From positions 57,598,001 to 57,662,000 of the forward strand of contig NC_043007.1 of the NCBI RefSeq assembly GCF_006345805.1: a stretch of DNA of 64,000 nt, given 5' to 3'. Below the pieces are notes generated by a model. That model was not told where the DNA came from. It worked only from the letters and a program-made list of their open reading frames with translations, and did not search any database. Each line of letters opens with the position of its first letter. The stretch's first letter is position 1. Positions 1 to 13,400 of this stretch are shown here, piece after piece. The translations under genes and the position numbers were made by a program. Origin of the DNA: Octopus sinensis. Its lineage: Eukaryota.

Positions 1-61
1 CTTACGCTTGCAACCCTTCTGCTCAAGTGGCAGGACTCTATTTTTTTCAGATGTCCGTACT

Positions 62-63
62 TT

Positions 64-95
<32 letters not shown>

Positions 96-131
96 GTTGT
101 TGTTGTTGTTGTGTTGTTGTTGTTGTTGTTG

Positions 132-195
<64 letters not shown>
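62..195. repeat. Compound (TAT)n/(TGT)n microsatellite
   Basis: Directly visible trinucleotide runs; they explain the 8..217 ORF. Confidence 0.95.
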
Positions 196-196
<1 letters not shown>

Positions 197-204
197 GTGT
201 CCTT

Positions 205-778
205 TACTCTCAGTTGACTAAATGCTTCGGAAACACAGATTAGCTCTGGTCTTATTAAGCTGTAAGATTCGAAGCAGATATTAAGATCTTTGTAAAACTA
301 AGACCGATTAAATCGATTATTTCTCTAGAAAGTAAAAAGATTGTAATAGTTGTATTCAAACCAAATGTAGAGTATAGTTGTTTTTTTCATTTTGGAGTCA
401 ACAATTAAATCCTATTTGTCTAAGGAGTGTTTTGTTTTCTTTGTCTAAGCTCTTTCGGCACACATCCTGTGACCTCTTTAACAACACTTTATAAAGTGTC
501 GCTGAAGAGGTCGCAAGATGTACGTCGAAAGAGCTTAGACAAAGAAAACAAAACACTCCTTAGACAAATAGGATTTAATTGTTGACTCCAAAATGAAAAA
601 AACAACTATACTCTACATTTGGTTTGAATACAACTATTACAATCTTTTTACTTTCTAGAGAAATAATCGATTTAATCGGTCTTAGTTTTACAAAGATCTT
701 AATATCTGCTTCGAATCTTACAGCTTAATAAGACCAGAGCTAATCTGTGTTTCCGAAGCATTTAGTCAACTGAGAGTA
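205..778. repeat. 574-bp palindrome (287-bp arms, no spacer)
   Basis: Position i pairs with 983-i with no indels; centre ACACTTTA|TAAAGTGT at 491/492. The outer ~250 bp of each arm match perfectly; 8 mismatches lie in the innermost ~35 bp. Confidence 0.97.
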
Positions 779-789
779 CAAGACTTTCC

Positions 790-940
790 TCTGAACACCA
801 CTGTATCTAGCAATCATTTTCATCCGAGTGGATTGAATCATCGGTAACTTGCTCAAGGAAACAACGCACCGCTTGATTCAAGATTCGAACCCTCAACATA
901 AAGATTGCGAGCCCAACACCCTAACCACGATGCGTTGTAT
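790..940 (-). mobile_element. Degenerate tRNA-derived SINE fragment (same family as 59808-60122)
   Basis: Minus strand reads TGGTTAGGGTGTTGGGCTCGCAATC...GGGTTCGAATC...TTGAGCAAG: A/B-box-like head followed by the body motif shared with 60050-60120. Confidence 0.55.
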
Positions 941-1140
941 CTTCGCTGTCTTAACTATGCAAGACCAATTATTGAGGATAATAATAAATTGACTGGATGC
1001 ACACAGATATAGTTTTGCTACGGTTTTCATCGGCCCAAGATGCCGATAAACGGTAAAAATAATAATAACATGAATAGAACCGAATTACTGTGGAGTCATA
1101 GCTTCAACTCTCTCCACCCACCATTCAGTTTATATATCGA

Positions 1141-1395
1141 CAGCACAGCTACTTCTACGTCCACACAAGTACCACACCTCCAACACAACTGTCTCTACAT
1201 CCAACACAACTACCACTACATCCAGCACAGCTACTATACCTCTAACACAACTACCTTTACCTCCAACACAGCTACCTCTACCTTGAACACTACTACCATA
1301 CCCCCAACACAACTACTACTGCATCAAGCACAGTTACTACACCTTCAACACAGCTACCATAGCTCCAGCACAACAACCACTACCTCCTCCACACC
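1141..1395. repeat. Degenerate ~21-bp minisatellite (CAACACAGCTAC.. units)
   Basis: About 11 imperfect units such as CAACACAACTACCACTACATC and CAACACAGCTACCTCTACCTT. Confidence 0.7.
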
Positions 1396-2163
1396 TACCA
1401 TTATTACAAAACCAAGAAAAACTCCGCCACACCTACCTCCATATTCACAATCACCATAACCATTATCATTCCAAGAATTGCTATATCTTTTCGTTACGAG
1501 ATCAGAGTACAAGAAAGGCGGAGACAATCGATATATAGGAATCATATTTTAATGACTCTGCATGAATGATTGGCAAAGTTGACTCCGGTTCTATTTGGAA
1601 TCATATCTCTAGGATTCTAAAGTAGCTATCTTAGATGTTCCTGTCAAAATCTCTGTAATTACAAGTCAGTTTTGTAATTGATTGTAAAATACTATTTGTC
1701 TGTCATACGAATCAAGCATGAACAATTTGGGGGACGAGGAATGCACGGATGTAACCATCACAACTTTTTCAACATCACAAGGGATATGTGTGGAAAAAAA
1801 ATTTGGTTCCTCTAGGAAGAGAAGTTGGATAGCGCATGCTCCTTCTTATGACTCGAAGTAGATGAAAGATGACTCGAAGAATAGAAAAAGCAGGTGTAAT
1901 AGATAAATGAAATATCTATTAAGCCTTTTAGATCCCTAAAAGTCTAGTGCTAAGTTTCAGTGCTATGATTTGAAGTAAATGAGCAGGAAACAATCCGCTG
2001 GCATGGGTACAAGTCTATTATAGGTAACATATCCTTGAAATCTGATAAAATATCTAATCATATAAATATATATCTGTGCAAACTAAGACGATGTTGAAAG
2101 AAGTGTCCCGTCTAAAAACATACCAAACGTCCGTAGTGAATTTGAACTCGCGATTTGTGAGAT

Positions 2164-2373
2164 GAGGTGAGCTGACTGAATCGTTAGTGCGCCGGGCAAA
2201 CTGCTTAGCAGCATTTCGTCTTTCTTTACGTTCTGAGTTCAAATTTCGCCGAGATCGACTTTGCATTTCATCCTTTTGATGTCGGTAAAATAAATGCCAG
2301 TTGTGCACAGGGGTCGATCTAATCGACTATCACCTTTCACTCAAATTGCTAGTCTTGTGCCAAAATTTGAAAC
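2164..2373 (+). mobile_element. Octopus-type tRNA-derived SINE, family A
   Basis: GAATCGTTAG..CGCCGGGC...CTGAGTTCAAATT..GCCGAG...TGTGCCAAAATTTGAAAC; homologous to many other copies in the window. Confidence 0.85.
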
Positions 2374-2804
2374 TGATGTGTGAGATGTTAGTCCTATTCG
2401 TCAAGCACATCAAGAATGTAGGCACAAAAACATGCAACGTATGAGGTTATGCTACGTTCATGCTTTTCTTAAAATATTATCGTCATGGATGAAGTGTCGA
2501 TAACGATTGTGCTCGGGGTACATTACTGAACAGAACATGTTAAAACAGACAAACAATTTTGCCATTTCAATAGGCATGCAAATTCTAAAGTGTATTTGTC
2601 AGAATAAAGACACTTTATCTTCGCAACATTACAGTAGACTGATGGAGAGAAAGAGAGAGAGAGAGAGTGAGAGAGAGAGAGAGAGAGAGTGAGTGAGGGA
2701 GTGAGTGAGTGAATGAGTGAAGGGAGGAGGGAAATAAACAGATTGATAAAAGGTGGGCGTATTACGAAAGAAAAGCAAATAGAAAGAATAAAAGAATGGC
2801 ACAA

Positions 2805-2849
<45 letters not shown>

Positions 2850-2885
2850 TATATATATATATATATATAATTCAGATGCTATTGC

Positions 2886-2886
<1 letters not shown>

Positions 2887-2970
<84 letters not shown>
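2887..2970. repeat. (GATA)n microsatellite
   Basis: Direct. Confidence 0.95.
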
Positions 2971-4019
2971 GTAGATAGGTAGAAGCAAGAGAGAGCCCGA
3001 GGTAGACAGGCAGATTGTCAGTCGTAATGACCAGATCGATGAATTTGAAATACGGCAAGGAAATGACAGATATATTTCGAAATTTGATGCCAGGAATTAA
3101 GGCTGGAATGCGACCGTGACAATTGACTTGTTCTGAACAATTACTAGAAGCTTCTGCATCATTAAATAACAACCACAAACGAATTACAATAACACATTTA
3201 AAGTGAGGTTTATCATATACAGCAGTTATTGTGTAGCGTGCAGCGAAATCTGTTAAATGTAGTCCAAGAAGTAGCGATGCTTGGAAATCTGATGCCTTCA
3301 CTTGCAGAAGTTATTTCTCCTGTCTTGATCGATCGAAATTGATTTGTTTGGGTTGTGTAGTTCCCAGATCGGTTCTGATCGATGAAAGTTGTGATCAAAG
3401 GTGTTTAAGCTATAACTATTCTATCTCGGTTTTTCTATTCGTTTTTTGCCCCTGTGTGATTAGAGGAAGATTTGGTTGCGCTTTCTAGTACAACAAGTGA
3501 ACAGGTAGGGTAGCTTCGTGTTGGCTGTCAACAATGTTATTTGAATTTTTAATGTTTTTTTATTTGTTTTTATGAATTCTCTAGATCATACTGGTTAGTT
3601 TGTTGGTGTTGTTATTGGTGGTGTAGTGATGGTATGGTTAGTTTGTTGGTGTTGTTATTGGTGGTGTAGTGATGGTAATGGTAATGCTGTTGTTGATGAT
3701 GATGTTGTTGTTGCTGTTGATAGTGATGGTGGTTTTGGTGGTGGTGGTGGTGGTGGTTGTGGTGGTGATAATGATGATGATGGTTGTCGAGCATACGTAA
3801 GAATGAAGGCATCACAGCCATGATATTCCCAGATGCATCAAATTTCTGGACAAAGATAACAAATCAAGCTAAATGAGATGGTCATGACTGGAACGACTTT
3901 ATATCTTCATTAATCTGCGAGTGTTGAGTAGGAATTTTATCATGAGTCACGAGTGTAGTAGCATTTTCCATAATACTGCAGGAAAGTCACATATATATGT
4001 TATTTTGACATAGGTATTA

Positions 4020-4226
4020 AGGCGGCGGGCTGGCAGAATCGTTAGCACGCCGGTTAAAAATGCTTAGCAGCATTTCGTCCGTCTTTGCGTTTTGAGTTCA
4101 AGTTCTGCCGAGCTCGACTTTGTCCTTTTGAGGGTCGATAAAATAAATACTAGTTGAGCCCTGAAATCGATGTAATCGACTTACCCCTCCCTTGAAATTG
4201 CTGGCCTTGTGCAAATATTTGAAACC
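4020..4226 (+). mobile_element. SINE family A, full length
   Basis: GGCGGCGGGCTGGCAGAATCGTTAGCACGCCGG...GAGTTCAAGTTC...GTAATCGACTTACCCC...TTTGAAACC. Confidence 0.9.
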
Positions 4227-5100
4227 TATATATGTATGTTATATCTTTCACACAAATATTTTAAAAAGTCGACAGATTCTGTTCGTATATGTTCTTCAGA
4301 GGAAATATATGCAGCAATTTTAGATATAGTCAATGCTTTGAACATTTTCCAGTGTGTAAGGGGGTATATAAAGTTGTTCCTCAGGATTTCCAGGATCGCA
4401 TAGCTTATATTCCCACTCTAAGTACTTCTTTATGTGTTTTATTTGTTTTTAGAAGAGGTCGTTCTTATATTATATTATATTCTCTGTGTTTGTTTTTGTT
4501 CGTGTTGTTACAGAGAAGACGCAGCTGATATACAAAACTCGATAAATTTATTTTCCATTTCTAAAGCCATCTACTTTCAAAGTAAGATTTATCGATAGCA
4601 TACATTCTATTGAAATGTCCTGAAGAACAAGACACCAAAGGAACATCTACGTGATTACCCTGTTAGCTAGAAAAACAGCAACATGCACCTCATATAATGC
4701 CATTCAAAATGAAAGGACACTTCGGATTATGAAGTCCAAGATACTTTATGCATGAAACATATAAACGGACTGGAATGCATAGGATCATAGATCTGTTCAA
4801 TCAGGGATAACACGAGGTTAGTCAATAACAACAATGTTTAGCTATCAGAGTCGGAATTTGGAAATTGATTTCCTTATGAACTAGGCGGATTTCTTCAATG
4901 TTGGTACTCACAGTAAAATTAGCGTGGTATATTGACATGTTTATAAGTGACCCCCTTCTGACTCCTTTCTGACTCCTTTCTTTAGTTACCCTTGTTCTGT
5001 TCAAAATCAAAATACTTGCAGCATTTATTCGCTTGGAAATACAGACAGAAAAGGTATAAGAGAATGAGAAAAAGAGAGAATTATCCTACATTTGTTTGAC

Positions 5101-5132
<32 letters not shown>

Positions 5133-5332
5133 CATACATACATACATACATACATACATACATACATACATACATACATAATTGTATGGAGAGAACGGAA
5201 TAGATGAAATGTTGAGGCCAACGCATTAAAGTGACGTTCGACATATATACACATACATATATAACAATTGAATTGAATTTATCATTTGATGATTAAAATA
5301 TTTAATTGCTCGATTTATTATTTTGATTTCCC

Positions 5333-5381
<49 letters not shown>

Positions 5382-5395
5382 CATACATACATACA

Positions 5396-5431
<36 letters not shown>

Positions 5432-5728
5432 TATATTGGAAGGTTTGGAGATGATGTACAGGTATTATATATTAGAAGAAATGAGGTAATCAGAAGATCG
5501 GATGGTTTATATTTGCAGATATTTATTTATATATTACATTTTTTACATATATATCATATCACTTAGATCATTAGCGCTTTCTCCCATTCTAGTGGGGTTT
5601 TCAAATCAAAATAATTCCTTTGTGTAGAATTTTAATCATTTTATAGAGTTTCGTAGTGGTGGGGAGGAACAAGACAGCACAAGAGGGTGAGGTGGATGAG
5701 GAGGAAGTGAGAGAGAGAGAACATGTGT

Positions 5729-5769
<41 letters not shown>

Positions 5770-5959
5770 CATACATATATAGATAGATAAATATACATAT
5801 ATGTATATATATATGTATACATATAAATTATATATGTATAAATATATATAAATTATATATATATTTATATAAGTATATATGTATGTATTTATATATAGAT
5901 ATATATATGTGTGTGTATGTATTTATATAAATATGCATATATATACATATATACATGTG

Positions 5960-5991
<32 letters not shown>

Positions 5992-5996
5992 ATGTG

Positions 5997-6041
<45 letters not shown>

Positions 6042-6151
6042 GTAAAGAGTGAAAAAACTACAGAAAGCCTGTTTTATAAGGTTAAAGAATATATTTGAGT
6101 CATTATGTTAGAAGAATGTTATAAAATTTTTTCATACAATAACAGTTTTTG

Positions 6152-6190
6152 AAGACATTACCGGTTTCGTGTTAACTTTTCAAATTTCTC
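6152..6190 (-). ncRNA. Minimal type I hammerhead ribozyme motif (U3-A8 core variant), inverted 5' pLTR copy
   Basis: GAGAAAU-UUGAAAA-G-UUAACA-C-GAA-ACCGGU-A-AUGUCUU; palindromic stem III ACCGGU, GUA triplet, one mismatch in stem I. Confidence 0.55.
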
Positions 6191-6387
6191 AAATGTCTTT
6201 ATTTACATCGTGTTATGTCTTCGTTAAGTCGCTACTACCATATGAACCAAAATTACTGGTCCCCACCGAACACAAGACAAACGCAAAAAAACACTAAGTC
6301 AAGCAACATCCCACATACAAGCAATTCGAAACAAAAATATATCACATACAGAAATTTTACACACACCACAAACGAAAACAACCATAG

Positions 6388-8831
6388 ATTCCCACACATA
6401 CACAATAATCGGAGACAACAATACCACCGTTCACCCGAACCAATATCACACAACCTCACAGACAACTCATACAAACAAAATTACACCCAACATTTTTTAG
6501 CCCGGGACCAGAGACACCAGGACACAGGCTGGAACCTAGTAATAAGGAAAAACCGAAGATAATCAACCTTCCAACCAAACCTCTCTCTAACATAAAAATT
6601 GACATCCTCTCAAAAGGGCTCAAATTTACGCCAACTCCACGCAGAGCCAACCAAAATGAAATCAAGGATAATATAACAGAATTCTGCAGAAAATTAAGAC
6701 TAGCAGAAGCATCAACCAGCTTCAATACTGAAGATGAATCACTAGTCAAGAACAAAAGTGAACACATCACCCACAGAAGAAGAAATAAAGATCTTGACGA
6801 GTTCTGCAGACACATTGAGAACTTTCCCTACCATACTATACGTAAACAGACAGTTAACTCAAATTTTAGCACTGCACAATGGAAGGAACTGATAGAACTT
6901 CAAAATGATGAAGATATAACCATTAAGGAAGCAGACAAAGTAAGTGCAGTTGTAATAATGGATACATTATACTATAGAAATCTTGTAATTTCCTTGCTTG
7001 ATGACAATCAACATTATGAAAAAATCACCAACTACACCCCGCAAAAAATAATGAAAACTCTGTCTTCACTAATTAAAACCCATGAAAAGGAACTAACAAC
7101 CAAAGAGGTTGACTTTCTAACAAACTTTAAATGCAAGCCTAACCTCTTCTATGGTCTGCCAAAATACATAAAAGCCAAATTATAAATGAAACCATTAAAA
7201 AATCACCAAAGACATACATACACACACCTAACCCGGGGGACCTAAAACTACGACCCATTGTAGCTGGCCCAACCTGTGAAACACACAGATTAAGTCTATT
7301 TATGGACATCCTCCTGAAACCCTTCCTTAAACATATCGATAGTCATACCAGAGATGACTTGGATATGTTAAACCACCTTCCAAAAAAAGTCATGGAAGAA
7401 ACAATCATGGTTTCATTTGATGTAGTTAATTTATATACCAGTATACCTCATAATTATGGACTAGAGGCAATACAGTTCTGGCTGGACCAATTTCCGGAAG
7501 AAATACCAAAAAGGATCAGTAAAGAATTCATTACTAAATCGGTTGAATTCCTCCTACATAATAACCACTTCATGTTTGACAATACATTTTACCGTCAAAA
7601 ATCCGGAATTGCTATGGGTACAAGGGCAGCACTAGTCATTGCGAACCTAACAATGGGCTACCTGGAAATAATTGTATACCAGGAATCTTTATCGACCTTT
7701 GGAAACCCCCTCTCTCAATACATAAAAGAGAATTGGAAAAGATTCCTGGACGATTGTTTTATACTCTGGAATGAAAACACAGATAAACTCCTAAAATTCA
7801 AAAACCTATTGAACAGCATCAACCCAAATATACAGTTCACAATGGAATACAACCAAAAGGAACTTCCATTCTTAGATATACTAATTAAAATAATTAACCT
7901 TAAAATAGAAACAGACATTTTTTACAAAGCCACAGACGCTAAACAATACCTACTTTTTGATTCATGCCACCCAAGACACACTAAAAAAAACATCCCTTTC
8001 AACCTTGCAAGAAGGATATGCACAATAGTGCCAGAACAAAATACCAGGAACTTTAGACTACAAGAACTCAAAAACACCCTAATTGACAGACACTACCCAG
8101 CTCAACTCATAGAGGATGGGATCAGACTTGCAACAGAAATCGACATAGAAACTTTGAGAAAAGTTCAACACAACATCACACCTTCCTCGAAAATACTGCC
8201 TTACATATCCACATACAACCCCAGAAACAAAGAAGCCTTCACCATCATCACCCAGAATTTACCAATACTTCATAAGGACCCCAAATTAAAGGAAATTCTA
8301 AATATACATAAAATCATTAAAAGCTACAAACAACCTAAATCACTTAAAAAGATTCTCACAAAGGCAAAATTGTCTTCTGAAATTACGGATGCAAAAGTAA
8401 AAAAATGTGGTAGGCCAAACTGCGCAACATGCCCAAACCTTCTAGAAGGATCAGAATTCCTTTTCAAAGAGGGACAAAAATTCAAGATCAGATCTAATTT
8501 TACTTGTGCTTCTGAAAACATAATTTATGTCATAAGGTGCTCGGGCTGCCACCAAAACTACGTGGGGTCCACGGGACTATCACTCAGACGTAGATGCACT
8601 CTGCATCGACAACAGATTGCATTCCCAGAATACAGAATGATACCCTTTAGTGAGCATATTGAGAAATGCGCAAAGCAACTACTACCACAATTTTTAATCT
8701 TTCCATTCTATTAATGTGCTATTGGAACACCAACACAAATTAGATTAAACAAGGAAACATTCTTCATTGAAAAATATAAGTCCAAACTTAACCACTCTAA
8801 CATGCTTATACAGAGAAACTCACCCCATTAA
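6388..8831 (+). pseudogene. PLE reverse transcriptase-GIY-YIG endonuclease, disrupted
   Basis: Motifs INLP..ILSKGLKFTPTP, IKEADKVSAVVIMD, YGLPK(IHK), LRPIVAGP, SFDVVNLYTSIPH, QKSGIAMGT, RFLDD, Cys-rich linker CGRPNCATC, NIIYVIRC..C..NYVGST (GIY-YIG) and terminal RLNKETFFI..KLN. 1-nt deletion in the A-run at ~7162; premature TAA at 8712-8714; natural stop at 8829-8831. Confidence 0.93.
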
Positions 8832-8920
8832 ATAAAGAAATCGCTTATTACCTCCCCCTACCTAGAACTCTTCTTTGCACTTCATAACGAAGACATAACA
8901 CGATGTAAATAAAGACATTT

Positions 8921-8959
8921 GAGAAATTTGAAAAGTTAACACGAAACCCGTAATTTCTT
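8921..8959 (+). ncRNA. Minimal type I hammerhead ribozyme motif (U3-A8 core variant), sense 3' pLTR copy
   Basis: GAGAAAU-UUGAAAA-G-UUAACA-C-GAA-ACCCGU-A-AUUUCUU; stem I fully paired (6 bp + G-U), G10.1-C11.1 pair, stem III palindrome broken by one change. Confidence 0.55.
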
Positions 8960-9108
8960 CAAAAACTATGTTATTGTATGAAAAAATTTTATAACATTCT
9001 TCTAACATAATGACTCAAATATATTCTTTAACTTTATAAAACAAGCCTTCTGTAGTTTTTTCACTCTTTACTATTTTTTCTATATATTCAACCACCAACC
9101 CACACACA

Positions 9109-9278
<170 letters not shown>

Positions 9279-9403
9279 ACGTTTGAAAATGCAATTTTAA
9301 AAGATGTTTCTTTACTTGGCCGGTTTCAGTTTTTTAGAAAAAGATTGTCAAAAGTAACATGTAAAAGCTTGGTTGTGTTAGGTACTGGTTGTCACAAAAT
9401 AAC

Positions 9404-9462
<59 letters not shown>

Positions 9463-9464
<2 letters not shown>

Positions 9465-9792
9465 ACGAGTCGGATAGTGCTGGTACGTAAAAAGCACTAT
9501 CCGACTCGTGGCCGATGCCAGCGCCGCCTCGACTGGCCTCCGTGCCGGTGGCACGTAAAATATACCAATCCGACCGTGGCCGTTGCCAGCCTTGCCTGGC
9601 ACCTGTGCAGGTGGCACATAAAAAGCACCCAATACACTCACGGAGTGGTTGGCGTTAGGAAGGGCACCCAGCTGTAGAAATATTGCCATATAAGACTGGA
9701 GCCTGGTGCAGCCTTCTGGCTTCCCAGATCCCCGGTCGAACCGTCCAACCCATGCTAGCATGGAGAACGGACGCTAAACGATGATGATGATG
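9463..9792 (+). mobile_element. SINE or LINE-tail repeat ending in (GAT)n, with internal ~60-bp subrepeats and a 5' hairpin
   Basis: Three GGCACGTAAAA.. subunits, then TGGTTGGCGTTAGGAAGGGC..CAGC...GCTAGCATGGAGAACGGACGCTAAACGATGATGATG. The short tandem tail resembles RTE-type 3' ends. Confidence 0.7.
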
Positions 9793-10987
9793 ATACATTC
9801 TTTGATAATAAGAAGAACATATTAAAAACAGTTTACAAAGGAAAATCTTGGGAAAATATGAAAAAGTTTAGCAAGTTCATTAAAATATTGGGCACAAAAG
9901 ATCACAATATATATATATACATTCTTAAGAAAATGTTAAAAACAGTTTACAGAAAGAATTATCAAAAAGTTCAGAGGAATATTGGTATTGTATCTATATA
10001 TATATATACACAGAAAATTATAATTTCAAAAAGGTTACATGTTACTAGTATAGTTTTAACAGATCTGATTCACTATATAATCGTAAACGACTATTTTCTA
10101 TTTCAAGGGACAGTGTAGGTGTGTTTGGGTGGGGGAAGGAATAGTAATGTGGAATTGAAAAGAAGTTTTTGTTTATCTTTCAAGTATCAATGATTTGGGG
10201 GATTGGACTTTAGAGGTCAGAATGGTGTGAGTGTGTGTGTGTATATATATATGTGTGTGTGTTTGTGTGAGTGGGCCGCTTTTGATTGGTCCCAGGGTTT
10301 ATTGTGGTGTAAATAGATGTACTTGTGTGTGTTTTTAAAATTTGGTAGGATGGTGTGTGTATGTGTGAACGTTTGTGTGTGTGTGTGTGTATGTGTGTGG
10401 TTAATGTTAGTGTGTTGTATGTGCGCTAGTGTGTGTATGTGTGCATCTGTGGGCGCGTGTGTATTCTTGTGTATTTTGTGTTGGTGGGGATGTTATGTGG
10501 GGATGTAAGTGAGTGTGTGTGTAATATGAGTGTGTGTGTGTATCTCTGTCCTACTATGTTTGTGATTGTTATGATTGTCTTGGTGTTGTGTGTGTGTGTG
10601 TGATTGGCATTTGTTATAGTGTTGTGTGTGCGTGCGCATGTGTGTATGTTTGCGTCTGTATGTGTGTGCATGTATGTTTGTGTGTTTTTTGTGATGGTGG
10701 GTATGTCATGTGTGTATGGGAGTGTATATATATATATAATATATATATATATATATACATATATACACACTCACACACACATACACACACATATGTATAT
10801 ATATACGAGTGAAGGGCCAAACGAAAGAAAAAGGCACTCAACACTTTTGGTAGAATCACATGTATTATTATTTAGAACAGTTTCGGTCATCGAAGCCCAA
10901 ACGAGGCGAGTTTCTGTTAGAAACGCGCGAAATATTAGGTCGCATGGGGCCGATTCAAACTGTTTTAAATAATAATACATATGCACA

Positions 10988-11058
<71 letters not shown>

Positions 11059-11062
11059 ACAT

Positions 11063-11104
<42 letters not shown>

Positions 11105-11139
11105 GCATAGACAATAGACATATACGTATGCATGTATAC

Positions 11140-11170
<31 letters not shown>

Positions 11171-11189
11171 CATATATATAAATATATAT

Positions 11190-11238
11190 GTGAGTGGATT
11201 TGGTAGACGGAAACTGAAAGAAGCCCGTCGTATATATG

Positions 11239-11279
<41 letters not shown>

Positions 11280-11491
11280 TTGTGTGTGTCTGTGTTTGTC
11301 CCCCTAGCATTGCTTGACAACCGATGCTGGTCTGTTTATGTCCCCGTCACTTAGCGGTTCGGCAAAAGTGACCGATAGAATAAGTACTGGGCTTACAAAA
11401 GAATAAGTCCCGGGTTCGAGTTGCTCGATTAAAGGCGGTGCCCCAGCATGGCCGCAGTCAAATGACTGAAACAAGTAAAAGGGTAAAAGGG
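11190..11491 (+). mobile_element. tRNA-derived SINE family B (3' two-thirds)
   Basis: Homologous to the complete copy at 54271-54679, including the internal TA/TG microsatellite. Confidence 0.9.
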
Positions 11492-11520
11492 TATATATAC
11501 GTATATATGTATATATATAT

Positions 11521-11562
<42 letters not shown>

Positions 11563-11819
11563 TATATATATATATTATATATATATATATAATATATATA
11601 TATATATATTTATGTATGTACACATATATATATATATGTTATGCCTACATAGACATATGCATGTGTCTACGTGGGGTGCTTGTGTAATTGTGTGTGTGGT
11701 ATGTGTGTATGCATGTGTGTTTGCACTTGCACGTCTCTCACTGGGAGAGTCACGGTTTAAGACTAAAGGGTGTAGAAGGACGTTTTTCACTGATGTCCTT
11801 TCTTCACCTTACACCTCCC

Positions 11820-13118
11820 CTCCAACACTACCATCATCACCACCACCACCACCAACGTCACCGCCGCTACTACAACCACAACCACCGGCGCTACCACCAC
11901 CCCGCCGCCGCCGCCGCCATCAACACAACCACCACCAGTTTGGAAAATGTAATTGTTGTTACCGATCTTTCGGTTGTTTTGTTTTTCTTTTTGTTATTTG
12001 GTAAAAAGAATCGATCGGTTGAATGGAAACTGAGATCGTTAGATTACAACCGGCTGTGATAAGGATGCACTGGCGATGACGGCGGCGGTGGGGGTGGGGA
12101 AGTGTATAGTGATAGTGAGGGGGAGGGTGGTGGTGGAAGAGGTGAGGAGGTTGTTATACTATGGTTATGCTTGACGGTGGTGTTGGCGATGGCAGTAATG
12201 GTTGATGGTGATGGCAATTAATGAGAGAAAACGATGGCAGCATCGATGACGATTGTGATAGTTCTGTGGACCTGCGAGTCATGTAGATGATGATAATGGT
12301 GGTGGTGGGGAGGAGGAGGAGGAGGAGGAGGAGGAGGAAGACCGGAGGGGAGGATTGTGGTGTTGAGGATAACGATGATAATGGTGGTGGTAGTAGTTTT
12401 GGTAGTGTTGCTGATGATGAAAGTGGTAGCGGTGATTGTGGTTGTTGTGGTGGTGGTGGTCGTGGTAGTTGTGGTTGTGGTGGTGATGGGGGTAGTGGTG
12501 ATAGTAGTGGTAGTAGTGGTTGTGGTTGTTGTCGTTGCGGCGGTGGTGGTGATTGTGTTGTTTGTGGTTGTTGTTGTTGTTGTAGTGGTGGTGGTGATTA
12601 TGTTGCTTGTGGTTGTGGTGGTGGTAGTAGTGATGGTGATGATGATGAAGACCATCATCATGATCATGATGACAATGATGATGATGATTATGATGATTAT
12701 GATGATGATGAGGACGCTGAGGATAACGTTGAGGATTTTTTCAGAGAGATATATTGGTGAATATGATAGTTTGATGCTGGTGGTGGTGTCTGGTGGTTGT
12801 GGTGGTGTCTGTTGGTGGTGGTGTCTGCTGCTGCTGGTGGTGGTATTGATGGTGGTTGTGGTGGTAGTTGCGGTGGTGGTGGCGGTGGTAGTAGTGGTGG
12901 TGGTGGTAGTGTTAATGGGAGTAAAGTTGATAGTGCCGATAACCGAGGCAGGAGGAGCGGATGGCGATAGAGGTGATGGTGCTTGTAACAGAGAAGTATG
13001 ATGTTGACGGCTGTGGTTTCTAAAGGCAATAAGTTTTAGGCGATGACGGGAATGATAGGAATAATGGGCTTTATAATAGTTATGACCCAAGATGGACGTA
13101 GAGGTAGTGGTAATACTC

Positions 13119-13166
<48 letters not shown>

Positions 13167-13400
13167 CGATGGCGGCTTGCAGCGGCGGCAGTGTTGCTGT
13201 TGGTGCTGGCATGGTGGTGGTGATGCTGGTGGTGGTGATAATGGTGGTGGTGGCAGCGGCGGCGGCTGTAGCTGAGGGTGATGGCGGAGGCGGTCGTTGT
13301 ACTGATGCTAGTGCTGGTGCTAGAGCTGGTATCGCTAATCTGATGGCAATATTGGTGTTGGTAGTGATCTCATACTTTGGAATATAATGGCTGGCATTTA
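11820..13400. repeat. GGT/GAT/GTA/CCG low-complexity trinucleotide field
   Basis: Mosaic of degenerate trinucleotide runs; the long ORFs are homopolymeric in several frames. Confidence 0.85.

Larger units (their letters stand above)
6036..9077 (+). mobile_element. Penelope-like retroelement (Neptune-like), near full length, with inverted terminal pLTR copies
   Basis: RT and GIY-YIG coding remnants inside; 6036-6226 and 8885-9077 are reverse complements (~96% identical); TA-rich flanks. Confidence 0.92.

Noticed and set aside
1040-1459. Thr/Ser-rich mucin-like ORF
   Set aside because: Explained by a degenerate 21-bp minisatellite.
12218-13387. Long ORFs of 110-290 aa (poly-T, poly-V, Gly/Cys/Asp-rich)
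   Set aside because: Translations of trinucleotide microsatellites open in several frames and on both strands; no domain content or splice evidence.
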